A stretch of DNA of 64,000 nt from Pseudomonadota bacterium (GTDB lineage: Bacteria; Myxococcota_A; UBA9160; JADFDR01), in contig PIVT01000015.1 in NCBI GenBank assembly GCA_003353845.1, positions 689 through 64,688 of the forward strand, given 5' to 3'. Positions 37,913-47,540 of this stretch are shown in pieces. A program made the position numbers and the translations under genes. Position 1 is the first letter of the stretch; each line of letters begins with the position of its first letter. Under the pieces are notes generated by a model, which was given only the letters and a program-made list of their open reading frames with translations, made no database searches and was not told the DNA's origin.

Positions 37913-38554
37913 ATGATCTCAGTGCTAATAGTCGATGACCACGGAATTGTTCGAGAAGGGCTCCAACGCATCCTCGAAGCCGAAGAAGATATTCGAGTTT
38001 GCGGCGAAGCCTCAGACGGGCGGGAAGCATTAGAACTCACGGAAAAAACTCGGCCGGACGTTGTGACGCTGGATATTACCATGCCCCGGTTGGGCGGTTT
38101 GGAAACCCTGAACCGCATTCGAGAAAAGCATCCCAAGATCAAGGTAATCCTGCTCTCGGTACACGGTGATTCTCCATTTATCCAATCCGCAGTTTCCTTG
38201 GGTGCCGACGGTTATGTATTGAAAAATGCACGCCCTGAGGAAATCATCACCGCGGTGCGCGCTGTCGTCAAAGGCGGCAGCTACTTCAGCCCCGCGGTCG
38301 CGCGCGAAATCGTCGATCAACTGCGCTCTCCCAACAGTCAGGAAGGCGATAGCTTCTCGCAGCTCTCTTCGCGTGAACGCGAGATTCTCCACCTCATCGC
38401 TGAAGGATTCTCGGCCAAAGAAATTGCCAAAGAACTCGAGATCAGCACCAAAACTGTGGAAGCTCATCGAACCAGCCTCATGCGCAAGCTCAATGTGCGC
38501 AAAGCCACCGAGCTCGTTCGCTACGCACTGCGCCACGGTTTGATTGAGCCTTAA
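37913..38554 (+). CDS. NarL/LuxR-family response regulator (REC plus HTH)
   Basis: The REC domain has LIVDDH and DVVTLDITMP. The LuxR HTH reads LSSREREILHLIAEGFSAKEIAKELEISTKTVEAHR. Alternative starts are at 37892 and 37877. Confidence 0.9.
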   Translation: MISVLIVDDHGIVREGLQRILEAEEDIRVCGEASDGREALELTEKTRPDVVTLDITMPRLGGLETLNRIREKHPKIKVILLSVHGDSPFIQSAVSLGADGYVLKNARPEEIITAVRAVVKGGSYFSPAVAREIVDQLRSPNSQEGDSFSQLSSREREILHLIAEGFSAKEIAKELEISTKTVEAHRTSLMRKLNVRKATELVRYALRHGLIEP

Positions 38555-38563
38555 GCTTCCCAA

Positions 38564-39775
38564 CTAATCTGCGACTTCCATCACAGCCAGGGCTTCTACA
38601 TGGGGGGTCTGCGGAAACAGATCAATCCCCTCCAGCAGGCGGAGCCTGTAGCCTTGCTTTTCCATGCGCGCGAGATCGCGGGCCAGGGTCGCGGGATCAC
38701 AAGACAAGTAGACAATCCGCGCCGGGCGCATGGCACACAGGCCATCGACGACCTCCGCCGCCATCCCCACGCGCGGCGGATCGACAAACACCACTTGCGG
38801 TGCAAAGTTTTTGATCTCGGCCTGCTGCAAAACCTCTTCGACTCGACCGGGCGTAAACGACACATTGACCACACCGGCCCGACTCAGATTTTTTGCCAGG
38901 TCTTTGCCAGCTTGCGGTACTTGTTCGACGGCCCGCAGCGCGGAAAAATGCTGCGCCAAGCCCACGGTAAAAAAGCCTGCACCGCAGTACAACTCCAGCA
39001 AGCGCTCGCCACTCCCCACCGCCTCCGCCACCCGCTCTGCCAACGCGTCGTAGAGCAAGGGATTGGCTTGCGCGAATCCACCGGCAGAGATCTCAATCCG
39101 CTGCCCGCCCACCTCCAAAAAAAGTGAGGTTGCGTCATCGGGCACGGCACCGTCCTCAGGGATCTCAGCCAAAGCTGTAACGCGCACGACTTTTTCTCGT
39201 CCCGAGCTGTCGGACCCCGAGGACAATTCCCACTCGCCATCTGTCGCTCCTGCGTCGCGGGTCATTTCCTGCCAACGCTTTTCCAAGACGGGAAGAAGTA
39301 CGGGGCAGGAAGCCGCCTGGCAAAACTGATGCGAGCCTCGCTGGAAGTATCCGAGGCGCCCATTTTGCACGCGAATGCGAGCGCGCCCCCGGTAGGCGTA
39401 TGCCAATGGCGAAGGCAAGATTTCCACTTCCCCGGGCAAGGTCAGTTTTCCAATGCGCTGCAGGGCCGAGCTCAAGATCTCGGCTTTGGCCTTGAGTTGA
39501 GCGTCGTAGCTCAGGTGCTGCCAGGCACAACCACCGCAACTGCCAAACACTTCGCAGCAAGGCTCCGCACGTCCAGGCCCCGGCTCCAGCAGTTCCAACA
39601 GTTCTCCGCGCCAAAAGCGCTTGCGTTTTTGCAACACTCGGACACGCACCCGATCGCCGGGAGCGGTAAAGGGAACAAAGACAACGGGGCCATCCGGGCT
39701 GTTCCCGACCCCATCCCCCTCATTGGTGAGCCGCTGAATAAGCAGCTCGATTTCCCGGTCATCCTGTGGTCTCAC
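38564..39775 (-). CDS. rlmD: TRAM-domain RNA (uracil-C5)-methyltransferase, RlmD/TrmA family
   Basis: The N-terminus has a TRAM domain. The Fe-S Cys cluster reads CCEVFGSCGGCAWQHL. The SAM-binding motif LELYCGAG and a C-terminal catalytic region are present. Confidence 0.85.
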   Translation of the reverse strand: MRPQDDREIELLIQRLTNEGDGVGNSPDGPVVFVPFTAPGDRVRVRVLQKRKRFWRGELLELLEPGPGRAEPCCEVFGSCGGCAWQHLSYDAQLKAKAEILSSALQRIGKLTLPGEVEILPSPLAYAYRGRARIRVQNGRLGYFQRGSHQFCQAASCPVLLPVLEKRWQEMTRDAGATDGEWELSSGSDSSGREKVVRVTALAEIPEDGAVPDDATSLFLEVGGQRIEISAGGFAQANPLLYDALAERVAEAVGSGERLLELYCGAGFFTVGLAQHFSALRAVEQVPQAGKDLAKNLSRAGVVNVSFTPGRVEEVLQQAEIKNFAPQVVFVDPPRVGMAAEVVDGLCAMRPARIVYLSCDPATLARDLARMEKQGYRLRLLEGIDLFPQTPHVEALAVMEVAD

Positions 39776-39799
39776 GCCGCAACCTACTCCCTGCCCTTT

Positions 39800-39960
39800 C
39801 CCTCAGTTTTACCCCGTGTTCTCGGCTTTCAACCCCCCGAGTCCGAGCATCTCGCTGCTCGGGGGATTACCATGCCTGGGGTGGTTCGCGCTAGAGAATC
39901 CCTGTTTCACGGGGATTCCCTCCGTGCTACAAAAACAAACCCTCCGGGAGAAAACGAAAG
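39800..39960 (+). ncRNA. Candidate molybdenum-cofactor (Moco) riboswitch in the modA leader
   Basis: The 188-nt leader contains the hairpins CCCCCGAG...CTCGGGGG and GAATCCC...GGGATTC. It also has two CCCTCC tracts, the second (CCCTCCGGGAGAAAACGAAAGAG) abutting the start codon, as in Moco motifs. The call is tentative. Confidence 0.35.
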
Positions 39961-39963
39961 AGT

Positions 39964-40785
39964 ATGTGGCAAAGTAGTTGGACCCAAACGCCCATAAGGG
40001 ATCTGCAACGGCTTTTTTGGAGTTGTGTCCTCGGGCTCTCGGTCCTTTTTGCAACCCCTGCCACCTGCCAATCCCATGAAATCACCGTGGCAGCCGCCAC
40101 GAGCTTGCGCGCACCCTTCACTCAACTCGTCCAGCTTTTCCAAGAACAAAACCCCCAACACAGCATCTCGCTCACCTTCGGGCCCTCCAATAATCTGGCT
40201 CGGCAAATTGAGTTGGGCGCACCCATCGACCTCTTTGCCTCGGCCGACCCCCGACTCGTGGTGAGTCTGGCTGACAAAAAGATGCTCTCCAGCGCCTCCA
40301 TCACAGCACTGGCAGGCAATCGGCTCGTCCTGATCGCCCGAGCCGAACTGGCGATGCAGGTCAATCGAGAGAGCCTGAGCAACGGCAGCCTGAAGCGCTT
40401 TGCCCTGCCCAACAACGCGGTGCCTGTGGGTTGGTACGCCCGCCGTTGGTTGCGTTCCCAGGATCTTCTCGAAGCCATCTCCCCCATGGTTCTACAAACC
40501 GAACATGCGCGAGCCACCTTGAGCGCGGTGGACATGGGTCATGCCGATGCGGCGCTGGTCTACACCACCGACGCACGCCTGGCCAAGAAGGCCAAGACGG
40601 TGTTGGAAATCCCAGCGGAAGAGCAACCCGACATCTTGTACCTGGCCGCGGCCGTTCCCCGCGACGACGCCTCCAATGCGCTATCCAATAAATTCCTGGC
40701 CTTCTTGACCAGTGACACAGCTGTTCGCACCTTTGCGGACGCGGGCTTTTCCGCAGCACCGGACGCTGAGGCTCAACTATGGTAG
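39964..40785 (+). CDS. modA: Molybdate ABC transporter substrate-binding protein
   Basis: The protein has a signal peptide and the segments ITVAAATSL, FGPSNNLARQIELGAPIDLFASAD and VYTTDA. Confidence 0.9.
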   Translation: MWQSSWTQTPIRDLQRLFWSCVLGLSVLFATPATCQSHEITVAAATSLRAPFTQLVQLFQEQNPQHSISLTFGPSNNLARQIELGAPIDLFASADPRLVVSLADKKMLSSASITALAGNRLVLIARAELAMQVNRESLSNGSLKRFALPNNAVPVGWYARRWLRSQDLLEAISPMVLQTEHARATLSAVDMGHADAALVYTTDARLAKKAKTVLEIPAEEQPDILYLAAAVPRDDASNALSNKFLAFLTSDTAVRTFADAGFSAAPDAEAQLW

Positions 40786-41459
40786 CTGGCGAAGTATGGA
40801 GCATGACCTGGCTTACGCTTCGCGTCGCGGCGACAGCGACATTGCTCTCGCTGCCCATTGCCATTGCCATGGGCTACTTCATGGCGCGCAAGGATTTTCC
40901 TGGCAAATCCCTACTGCAAGCACTCATCGCCTTGCCCATGGTGCTGCCCCCCGTAGCTGTGGGTTTGGGGCTTCTCTACCTGTTGAGCCCCCAAGGCCCC
41001 CTGGCCTGGTTTTGGGACCTTCTGGGATTGCGCTTGGCGTTTACCCCGGCCGCCGCGGTGCTGGCCGCCTCGGTGGTGGGCTTTCCACTCTTGGAGCGAT
41101 CTTGTGAACAAGCTTTTGCCGCGATTCCGCGGCGCTTTGAGCAGGTCTCTCGCACCCTGGGTCGAAACCCATGGGCCACATTCTTCCGTGTCGTCCTTCC
41201 CCTGGGCCAACGCGGCGTGCTCTACGGATCCCTGCTGGCCTTCACCCGCGCCCTGGGAGAATTTGGTGCCACGGCCTTGGTTGCGGGCATCCTACCCGGA
41301 CGCACCGAGACCTTGGCCCTTGGGATCTACTCCCAAGTTCAACTCGGCGACGACACCGCTGCCTTTGCCCTGTGTGGCGTTTCATTTCTCTTGTCCCTGG
41401 CTGCACTTTTGGCTGCTGAAGGTTGGGTGGGACGCGAAATCAAAGGTCAACGCTTGTGA
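40779..41459 (+). CDS. modB: Molybdate ABC transporter permease
   Basis: The 226-aa membrane protein has an EAA-like loop (RTLGRNPWATFFRVVLPL). Confidence 0.9.
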   Translation: MVAGEVWSMTWLTLRVAATATLLSLPIAIAMGYFMARKDFPGKSLLQALIALPMVLPPVAVGLGLLYLLSPQGPLAWFWDLLGLRLAFTPAAAVLAASVVGFPLLERSCEQAFAAIPRRFEQVSRTLGRNPWATFFRVVLPLGQRGVLYGSLLAFTRALGEFGATALVAGILPGRTETLALGIYSQVQLGDDTAAFALCGVSFLLSLAALLAAEGWVGREIKGQRL

Positions 41460-42562
41460 ACACCTCCGCCTCCCTCCACAACACAGCCAGCCCGCGTTCA
41501 AGCCACTTGGCGATTCAGTTAACGCTGGGTTCTTTTCGTCTCGACATCGACACGCAGTGGGATGCTCAAGTCGCAGTACTTTTCGGACCCAGCGGCTCGG
41601 GCAAGTCGAGCGTGCTCGAAACCCTACTCGGGTTGCAACCGAGTGCACGCGCCCACTTGCAACTGGCCGGTGAGTTATTGGAAGACAGTGAGAAGGGTTT
41701 CCGGCTAGCGCCTGAGAAACGAGGCTTGGGCTGGGTGCCACAGGAGTCGACACTCTTTCCGCATCTCAGCGTGCGCCAGAATCTGAGCTTCGGTAAAAAA
41801 AGAGCCGGGCCCCAGGCGGCGAGTATCTTTCAGCAGGCTGTGGAAGTGTTGGAAATCGGGTCCTTCCTCGACCGCAATGTGGAGACCCTTTCCGGAGGAG
41901 AACGTCAGCGCGTCGCCCTGGCCCGCGCGCTGGCTTCCAACCCGCGCGCCCTACTGCTTGACGAGCCCTTGGCTGCGCTGGATCGCAACTTGCGCGCCCG
42001 CATCCTGCCTTTCCTGCTGCGCGTGCGCGATGAGTTCGGTCTGCCCATGCTCTACATCACCCACGATCCCGACGAAGCCGTTTTGCTGGGGGAGACTCTC
42101 TTGGTGCTGGAAGAAGGCCGTGTCGTAGCCAACGGCCCCGCTCGTGAAGTCTTGTGGAGCCCGGCCGCCCTGCCCCTGGCCGAAGCGTTAGGACTGGAAA
42201 ATGTTTTTGAAGCCCGCGTGGCAGCAGAGGGCTCGACCAGTACACAGGTGCACATCAAGGGCGGGCAACAGCTCACCCTGGGCGACCCCTTGCCTTCCGA
42301 CTCGGCTGTCACCCTGGCCATTCGCGCCGAGGATGTCTTGATCAGCACCGTGCCAACGGAAACACTTTCCGCGCGCAATACTCTCAAGGCCAAGGTCTTG
42401 CGTTGCGCGCCTCATCGCGGACATGTTCACGTGCACCTCGACCTGGGCGGCGAAGAGTTGGTGGCGCGTCTTACCCCTGCCGCTGTCTCCTCCTTGGAAT
42501 TGCAAGTGGGCAAAACCGTCTACGCCATCGTCAAGGCCCAGGCCATTCAACAAATTAGCTAG
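41456..42562 (+). CDS. modC: Molybdenum import ATP-binding protein with a C-terminal TOBE/Mop domain
   Basis: The product has Walker A GPSGSGKSS, the signature LSGGERQRVALARAL and Walker B LLLDEP. I chose the GTG that overlaps the modB stop (GTGA); the track start is 41423. Confidence 0.9.
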   Translation: MNTSASLHNTASPRSSHLAIQLTLGSFRLDIDTQWDAQVAVLFGPSGSGKSSVLETLLGLQPSARAHLQLAGELLEDSEKGFRLAPEKRGLGWVPQESTLFPHLSVRQNLSFGKKRAGPQAASIFQQAVEVLEIGSFLDRNVETLSGGERQRVALARALASNPRALLLDEPLAALDRNLRARILPFLLRVRDEFGLPMLYITHDPDEAVLLGETLLVLEEGRVVANGPAREVLWSPAALPLAEALGLENVFEARVAAEGSTSTQVHIKGGQQLTLGDPLPSDSAVTLAIRAEDVLISTVPTETLSARNTLKAKVLRCAPHRGHVHVHLDLGGEELVARLTPAAVSSLELQVGKTVYAIVKAQAIQQIS

Positions 42563-42659
42563 TACCTCTGACCCGGACGCCTTTACACTAGGACAACGGG
42601 GAAGCGTCCCCGTACAGCCGAAATCAAACCGGTCGAAAAAGCTGGATCTCGTCGAGGGT

Positions 42660-43604
42660 ATGTTGAAGCCACGTTCTCTACAACAAAAGAGTTTGCCCGA
42701 TTCTCCTGTTATTCTCCTGACGGGCGCGAGTTCCGGCATTGGTCTTGCCTTGGCCAAAGCCTTAAAGCGACGACCCTCCACTCGAGCCATCCTCACCGCA
42801 CGCACCACCTCACTCTCAAGACTCACTGACGCAGGCTTCGAAGAAAGTGACAAGCTGCTCATTCGCCCCCTCGATGTCACGCGGGAGGATCAACGCAGCG
42901 AACTTGTCCAAGAAATCAATGAACGTTGGGGAGGTGTGGACGTCCTGATTAATAATGCGGGGATCGCGTATCGCTCGGTGATCGAGCATATGTCACCGCA
43001 AGAGGCCGTTCACCAATTGTCGACAAATTTTCTCGGTCCCATGGAGCTGACACGTCTGGTGCTGCCCCGCATGCGCGAAAAACGCGCAGGCCGCATCATC
43101 AACATCTCCTCGGTCAGTGGCATGATGGCCATGCCGACCATGGGCACGTACACCGCATCAAAATTTGCGCTGGAAGGTGCCAGTGAATCCCTTTGGTACG
43201 AAGTCAAACCCTGGAATATTTTTGTCACTTTGGTGCAACCCGGCTTTATCCGCTCTGCTTCCTTTCGCAACGTCTATCTTTCCCAGCGCGCCCGGGAGGC
43301 CATGGAGAGCGACTGTGCTGCCTACAGTCCTGTCTACCAACGCATGCAACCTTTCATCGAGCGCCTGATGTTGCGCTCACGTGCCACACCAGAACGAATC
43401 GCCGAGCTTACACTCGCCACCTTAGAGCAAGCCCGACCCCCGTTGCGCTTTCCCGCCACCTTGGATGCAAAATTTTTCTATCTACTGCGCAGGCTGCTAC
43501 CACGCAAGCTGTACCACTCCCTGCTTTATTACAGTTTGCCTGGGATTCGAGAGTGGGGGACCGAGGAGGCGGAAGAGCACAAGCCACGGCATCAGGATCG
43601 CTAA
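42660..43604 (+). CDS. Short-chain dehydrogenase/reductase (SDR) family oxidoreductase
   Basis: The product has TGASSGIG, NNAG and YTASKFAL. I chose the ATG at 42660; the track ORF begins inside modC. Confidence 0.85.
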   Translation: MLKPRSLQQKSLPDSPVILLTGASSGIGLALAKALKRRPSTRAILTARTTSLSRLTDAGFEESDKLLIRPLDVTREDQRSELVQEINERWGGVDVLINNAGIAYRSVIEHMSPQEAVHQLSTNFLGPMELTRLVLPRMREKRAGRIINISSVSGMMAMPTMGTYTASKFALEGASESLWYEVKPWNIFVTLVQPGFIRSASFRNVYLSQRAREAMESDCAAYSPVYQRMQPFIERLMLRSRATPERIAELTLATLEQARPPLRFPATLDAKFFYLLRRLLPRKLYHSLLYYSLPGIREWGTEEAEEHKPRHQDR

Positions 43605-43638
43605 GAGGATTCGTTGTACCGCCCGTGTCTTGATTTAC

Positions 43639-45174
43639 TTAGTTAGCCTTTTCTTCTTCCGTCAAGGGAGTGCCCGTCTCCTCTTGTTCAGGCCTGTAAC
43701 TTTCTGCGATGGCAACCTTCAGCTTTTCTCCCTTGTGCATTACCACATCGGCAAAAATACCGTTGCGCACAGCCGTCTCGTGAACCGTCCATTCGTTCTT
43801 TGTTCGCTTGCCAAGTTTTTGCAGTGACTCACCTTCCTTGACTTCAACGACGCGCAGGCGCACCGCTTTCACACTTTCCTTCTCGGCTTCCGTCAATGGT
43901 CGAAAACTACGCATGGTAGATTTAAAGGCGCTTTTGTGCGCGTTATAGGCTGGCCCCGACGCCACACCAATAATGCGCCAGATGCTACCGGCATAGGCGA
44001 TCCACACCGCGTCAGCGACCACTTTGTCACCCCCCATGTGATCTTCCCACACCGCGTGGAAGGCTGGAAACTTTCCGACCTTCATGGGACTCGCTTCAAT
44101 AAAACGAATGTCCTCACGCTCGGCTCTTTTCCGTGCTGTGGCTTCGGGATCCTCCCCTTCGGTGGGAGCTTCCAAGGTGATCATGGCTTCCTGGCCCGCG
44201 GGTGCCATGGCACCCACGGCGGAAGGCATGTTGCGCAGCTCCCATCGCCGGGGAAAACGCAGGGTAAAGTCCATGTCCACGTGCAGAAAACGCGAGCCCT
44301 GAAAGACACCTTCTTCTGGATTGTCATCCAACACCATCCCATCGAGATGCTGAATGTATTCCGTGGGCGTAATCTCTCCCTCCAAGCGTTCGCCGTGGTT
44401 CAATAAGGAGCGCGCGCGCGTGGATGCCTTTGCGACACGTTCGGGGGTGGCGGGATGCGTATCGAAGTAACCCGACTCGCGCGATGTTCCCGTCTCCAAG
44501 CGCGTCCAGTTTTCCAACTTGCGCAAAAAATCGTACATCCCCGTCGGATCCCAACCCGCCCGGATGGAGAGGCTTTGGCCCAAACGATCGGCTTCCGTTT
44601 CCTGCTCTCGGCTGTAAGCGGACAACCAACTTTGACCCAACATGCCGGCGGCCGCCGCCGCACCGGTGTCTCCTGCCGCAATGCCGGCGACAATGCCCAA
44701 GATCGAGAGAATGCGCGCAGTTTTCTCCTGCAGTTCTCGCTCTGCGGAATGTCGCGCCGAAACATGGGCAATTTCATGTGCAATCACATTGACCAACTCT
44801 TCTTCGGAGCTGGTGAGCGCCAACAAACCGCGTGACACATATATGTGACCACCGGGAAGTGCGAAGGCATTGGGTTCGGGCATGTTCACAATGTGGAAGC
44901 GATAAGTCACTTCCTGGCGCGGCGAAAAGCTCGCCAGGCGCTGGCCGAGGGAATCGACATAGGCCTCTAAGACGGGATCCTTCACCAAACCGATGCTCTG
45001 CTCTACTTGGGCCGCAGCTTCTCGACCAATTTGCTCTTCGCGAGCCGTGGACATGATGACGGAACCATCACCTGCCAAGGCGCCGGAAGGAAGCATCCAG
45101 CCCGCGCTTTGCATCAGCAAAAGAATCGCCAGACACCTACTCATTCCACTGTGTCTTCGTAGGTAGAACTTCAC
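43639..45174 (-). CDS. M48-family zinc metalloprotease with a C-terminal LysM-like domain
   Basis: The protein has a signal peptide, the HEIAHV motif, and a C-terminal VKEGESLQKLGKRT...VRNGI segment. Confidence 0.85.
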   Translation of the reverse strand: MKFYLRRHSGMSRCLAILLLMQSAGWMLPSGALAGDGSVIMSTAREEQIGREAAAQVEQSIGLVKDPVLEAYVDSLGQRLASFSPRQEVTYRFHIVNMPEPNAFALPGGHIYVSRGLLALTSSEEELVNVIAHEIAHVSARHSAERELQEKTARILSILGIVAGIAAGDTGAAAAAGMLGQSWLSAYSREQETEADRLGQSLSIRAGWDPTGMYDFLRKLENWTRLETGTSRESGYFDTHPATPERVAKASTRARSLLNHGERLEGEITPTEYIQHLDGMVLDDNPEEGVFQGSRFLHVDMDFTLRFPRRWELRNMPSAVGAMAPAGQEAMITLEAPTEGEDPEATARKRAEREDIRFIEASPMKVGKFPAFHAVWEDHMGGDKVVADAVWIAYAGSIWRIIGVASGPAYNAHKSAFKSTMRSFRPLTEAEKESVKAVRLRVVEVKEGESLQKLGKRTKNEWTVHETAVRNGIFADVVMHKGEKLKVAIAESYRPEQEETGTPLTEEEKAN

Positions 45175-45186
45175 AACCGCTCCTGT

Positions 45187-46032
45187 TCACACATCTTCGC
45201 GCCAGTACTTCTGATGCGCGCGCTCTTGCACAAAATCTTCGTCGGGGACATCGAAGGGACGCGCCCGCGCCGGGTCCGGCACCCAGGCGGTTAGAAAACC
45301 ATCACGATCTCGACCGTGGTGCACACAACCCGTATCGAGTCCGCGCAATCCCTTGGCCACGTGCAAACCCTGCATCGCCCAATGCCCGTAGACGATGCCG
45401 TAATCATGTCCCTGCCGGCTCCACGCCGCATGCCACGCTTCGCTGTCCGCGCCCGGCTCCTTATTGGACCAACCGCCATCGGCTTTCACACTTCGGCAGC
45501 GCGTCAAGCGGCCCAGGAGGTCGCGCATGGGGTCTTCCTTCAAGGAGCTGGCCAAAAAATTGGAGGCGTCGTCCGGGCTGCCTCCTCCCAAGCGCTGCTC
45601 CAGGGCCGCGGTCTCTGTCCGTACGCGCTCAAGTTCCCAATCGGGAGGGAGCGAGGCATGGACCATCACGGTCTCTTGCTCCCCTAGTTTTGTAAATACT
45701 GCAAGAGGTTGCCGCCGGACCCACTCCACCCAATCGTCCCGCTCCGCACTCCCCAGGACATCACCCAGGGTGTCTTTTTCGCGCAGTGCAAAATGCTCAA
45801 AGCCCATGGAAAGCAGTGTCAGCTCGTGATTTCCCAGTACCATTCGGGCGCAACCATCCGCTGTAAGTCTTTGTATTATCTCTAAAGTTTCTAAATTTTT
45901 TGGCCCACGATTGACGATGTCTCCTGCGATCCAAAGCCGGAATTCCTCCCCGTAGGTGGACCGCAAACCTCGTAGCAACGCCTTAAACTCATCAACACAG
46001 CCCTGGATGTCACCGATAAATATATTTCGCAT
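45187..46032 (-). CDS. apaH: ApaH-like bis(5'-nucleosyl)-tetraphosphatase (metallophosphoesterase)
   Basis: MRNIFIGDIQGCVDEFKALL...GDIVNRGP...GNHE parallels E. coli ApaH. I chose the Met at 46032; the track ORF extends to 46239. Confidence 0.8.
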   Translation of the reverse strand: MRNIFIGDIQGCVDEFKALLRGLRSTYGEEFRLWIAGDIVNRGPKNLETLEIIQRLTADGCARMVLGNHELTLLSMGFEHFALREKDTLGDVLGSAERDDWVEWVRRQPLAVFTKLGEQETVMVHASLPPDWELERVRTETAALEQRLGGGSPDDASNFLASSLKEDPMRDLLGRLTRCRSVKADGGWSNKEPGADSEAWHAAWSRQGHDYGIVYGHWAMQGLHVAKGLRGLDTGCVHHGRDRDGFLTAWVPDPARARPFDVPDEDFVQERAHQKYWREDV

Positions 46033-46142
46033 GTCCAACAAGGCTAGCGCACTATCGGCCTTGGCCCTCCTCGGGTGAATTCGGCTAGGATCTACCTTCC
46101 AACACTCTCCATCGCTTCCGGTGTGAGAGGGAAAGGAATCGG

Positions 46143-47537
46143 GTGGCACGACGAATCGTCCTCTGCGACGGAGCAGACTTGGCGAGGCTTTGGGGCCGTA
46201 TCGGCCAAAGCGATCGCGAAGAACTTTTCTGGATCCCACGGGATAAAGAATCGCGCTCCCGTCCGCCCGGCTTCCGCGCCTTGCCCGGCGGGCTCTGCTC
46301 CGATGCCATCGGAAAACTCGATTCGAAAGAAGGCGACGAGTTCGCCTTGGTTACCGAGGACGGACCCTTTGTGCGTTCGGCCATCAACGCCCTGATTCAT
46401 GTGGCCCCTGCCGCACCCGCCTTGGTTTTATCTGATCGCTTAACCCACGATGACTTGCCCGATCATCCTTGTGTGCGTCTGACGGGCCTGCGTTCCCTGA
46501 TCCGCGATGATGTCGACGGCGAGTTTTCCCATCTGGCCAATCTGCATCGCGTTGTAGAAATTCGCCGCATCTTGGGCGAACGCGAGCGCATCGGCATTCT
46601 CTTGCAACCCGACCCGGATCCCGACGGCATTGCCTGTGGTTATGCCTTGCGCGTGATTTTGGGGCGCAAGCGCTCCACGGCACCCTTGATTTCCTTTGGT
46701 GAAATTACGCGGCCGGAAAACCGCGCCATGGTGGAAGCGCTGGGGATTGAAGTCCGCACCCTGACACCCGAAGAACTCGATGAATTCGATGGCCTGGCAT
46801 TGGTCGACGTACAACCCACAGTGTTTGGCGAGAATCCTCCCGAACAAGTGCGCAGCATCGACTTGGTCATTGACCATCATCCGGAACGCACAGGCTACGA
46901 TGCCACACTGCGTGATATTCGACCCAGTTACGGAGCCACCGCTGCGATTCTCACGGAGTATCTGCGCGCAGCCAATGTGGAAATGGGCCCCAAGCTGGCG
47001 ACGGCCCTGCTTTATGGAATCAAAACCGATACCCAACTTCTAGGACGAGAAACCAGCCGATATGACATGAAAGCTTTTTCACATCTACATTCCTGCCACA
47101 GCCCGGCACTCTTGCGACGCATCGAACGCCCGGCCCTTCCCACTGACGGCCTTCGCGCCTTGGGTCGCGCCCTGGCACAAACCAAAGTCATCGACGGTAT
47201 TCACTTGCTCATTCTCGGCCGGGTGCGCGAGGAGGTCATTCCGCAGGTAGCCGATCTCGCTCTGCAAGCTGAAGGTGCCGAGTGGGCCATCGCCGCTGGC
47301 TTGGTCAACGAGAACCTGGTGTTTTCAGTCCGCAACGTTGGTTATGTGCGCGCGGCGGGTGAAGTAGTGCGCGCCGTTGTCGAGGGACTCGGTGTGGGCG
47401 GTGGCCATCGCAGCATGGCAAAGGGAATCATTCCCCTAAAAGCCTTCCGTCAGGTGTATGGCTCCACCAGCCGCGATCAAATTCGCGCGGCCCTGCTCGA
47501 ATCCTTTCAGCACGCCATTAACCGCGAACTCTCCTAG
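46143..47537 (+). CDS. DHH/DHHA1-family phosphoesterase with an extra N-terminal domain of about 140 aa
   Basis: The product has DPDPDG, VIDHHP and the DHHA1 motif GGGH. The gene has a GTG start. Confidence 0.8.
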   Translation: MARRIVLCDGADLARLWGRIGQSDREELFWIPRDKESRSRPPGFRALPGGLCSDAIGKLDSKEGDEFALVTEDGPFVRSAINALIHVAPAAPALVLSDRLTHDDLPDHPCVRLTGLRSLIRDDVDGEFSHLANLHRVVEIRRILGERERIGILLQPDPDPDGIACGYALRVILGRKRSTAPLISFGEITRPENRAMVEALGIEVRTLTPEELDEFDGLALVDVQPTVFGENPPEQVRSIDLVIDHHPERTGYDATLRDIRPSYGATAAILTEYLRAANVEMGPKLATALLYGIKTDTQLLGRETSRYDMKAFSHLHSCHSPALLRRIERPALPTDGLRALGRALAQTKVIDGIHLLILGRVREEVIPQVADLALQAEGAEWAIAAGLVNENLVFSVRNVGYVRAAGEVVRAVVEGLGVGGGHRSMAKGIIPLKAFRQVYGSTSRDQIRAALLESFQHAINRELS

Positions 47538-47540
47538 CTC

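Noticed and set aside
37687-38142. A 151-aa minus-strand ORF overlaps the response-regulator start. I considered it as a possible missing sensor kinase.
   Set aside because: It has no HisKA or HATPase motifs. Its Ser/Arg-rich composition is atypical, and it overlaps both the PBP gene end region and the response-regulator gene.
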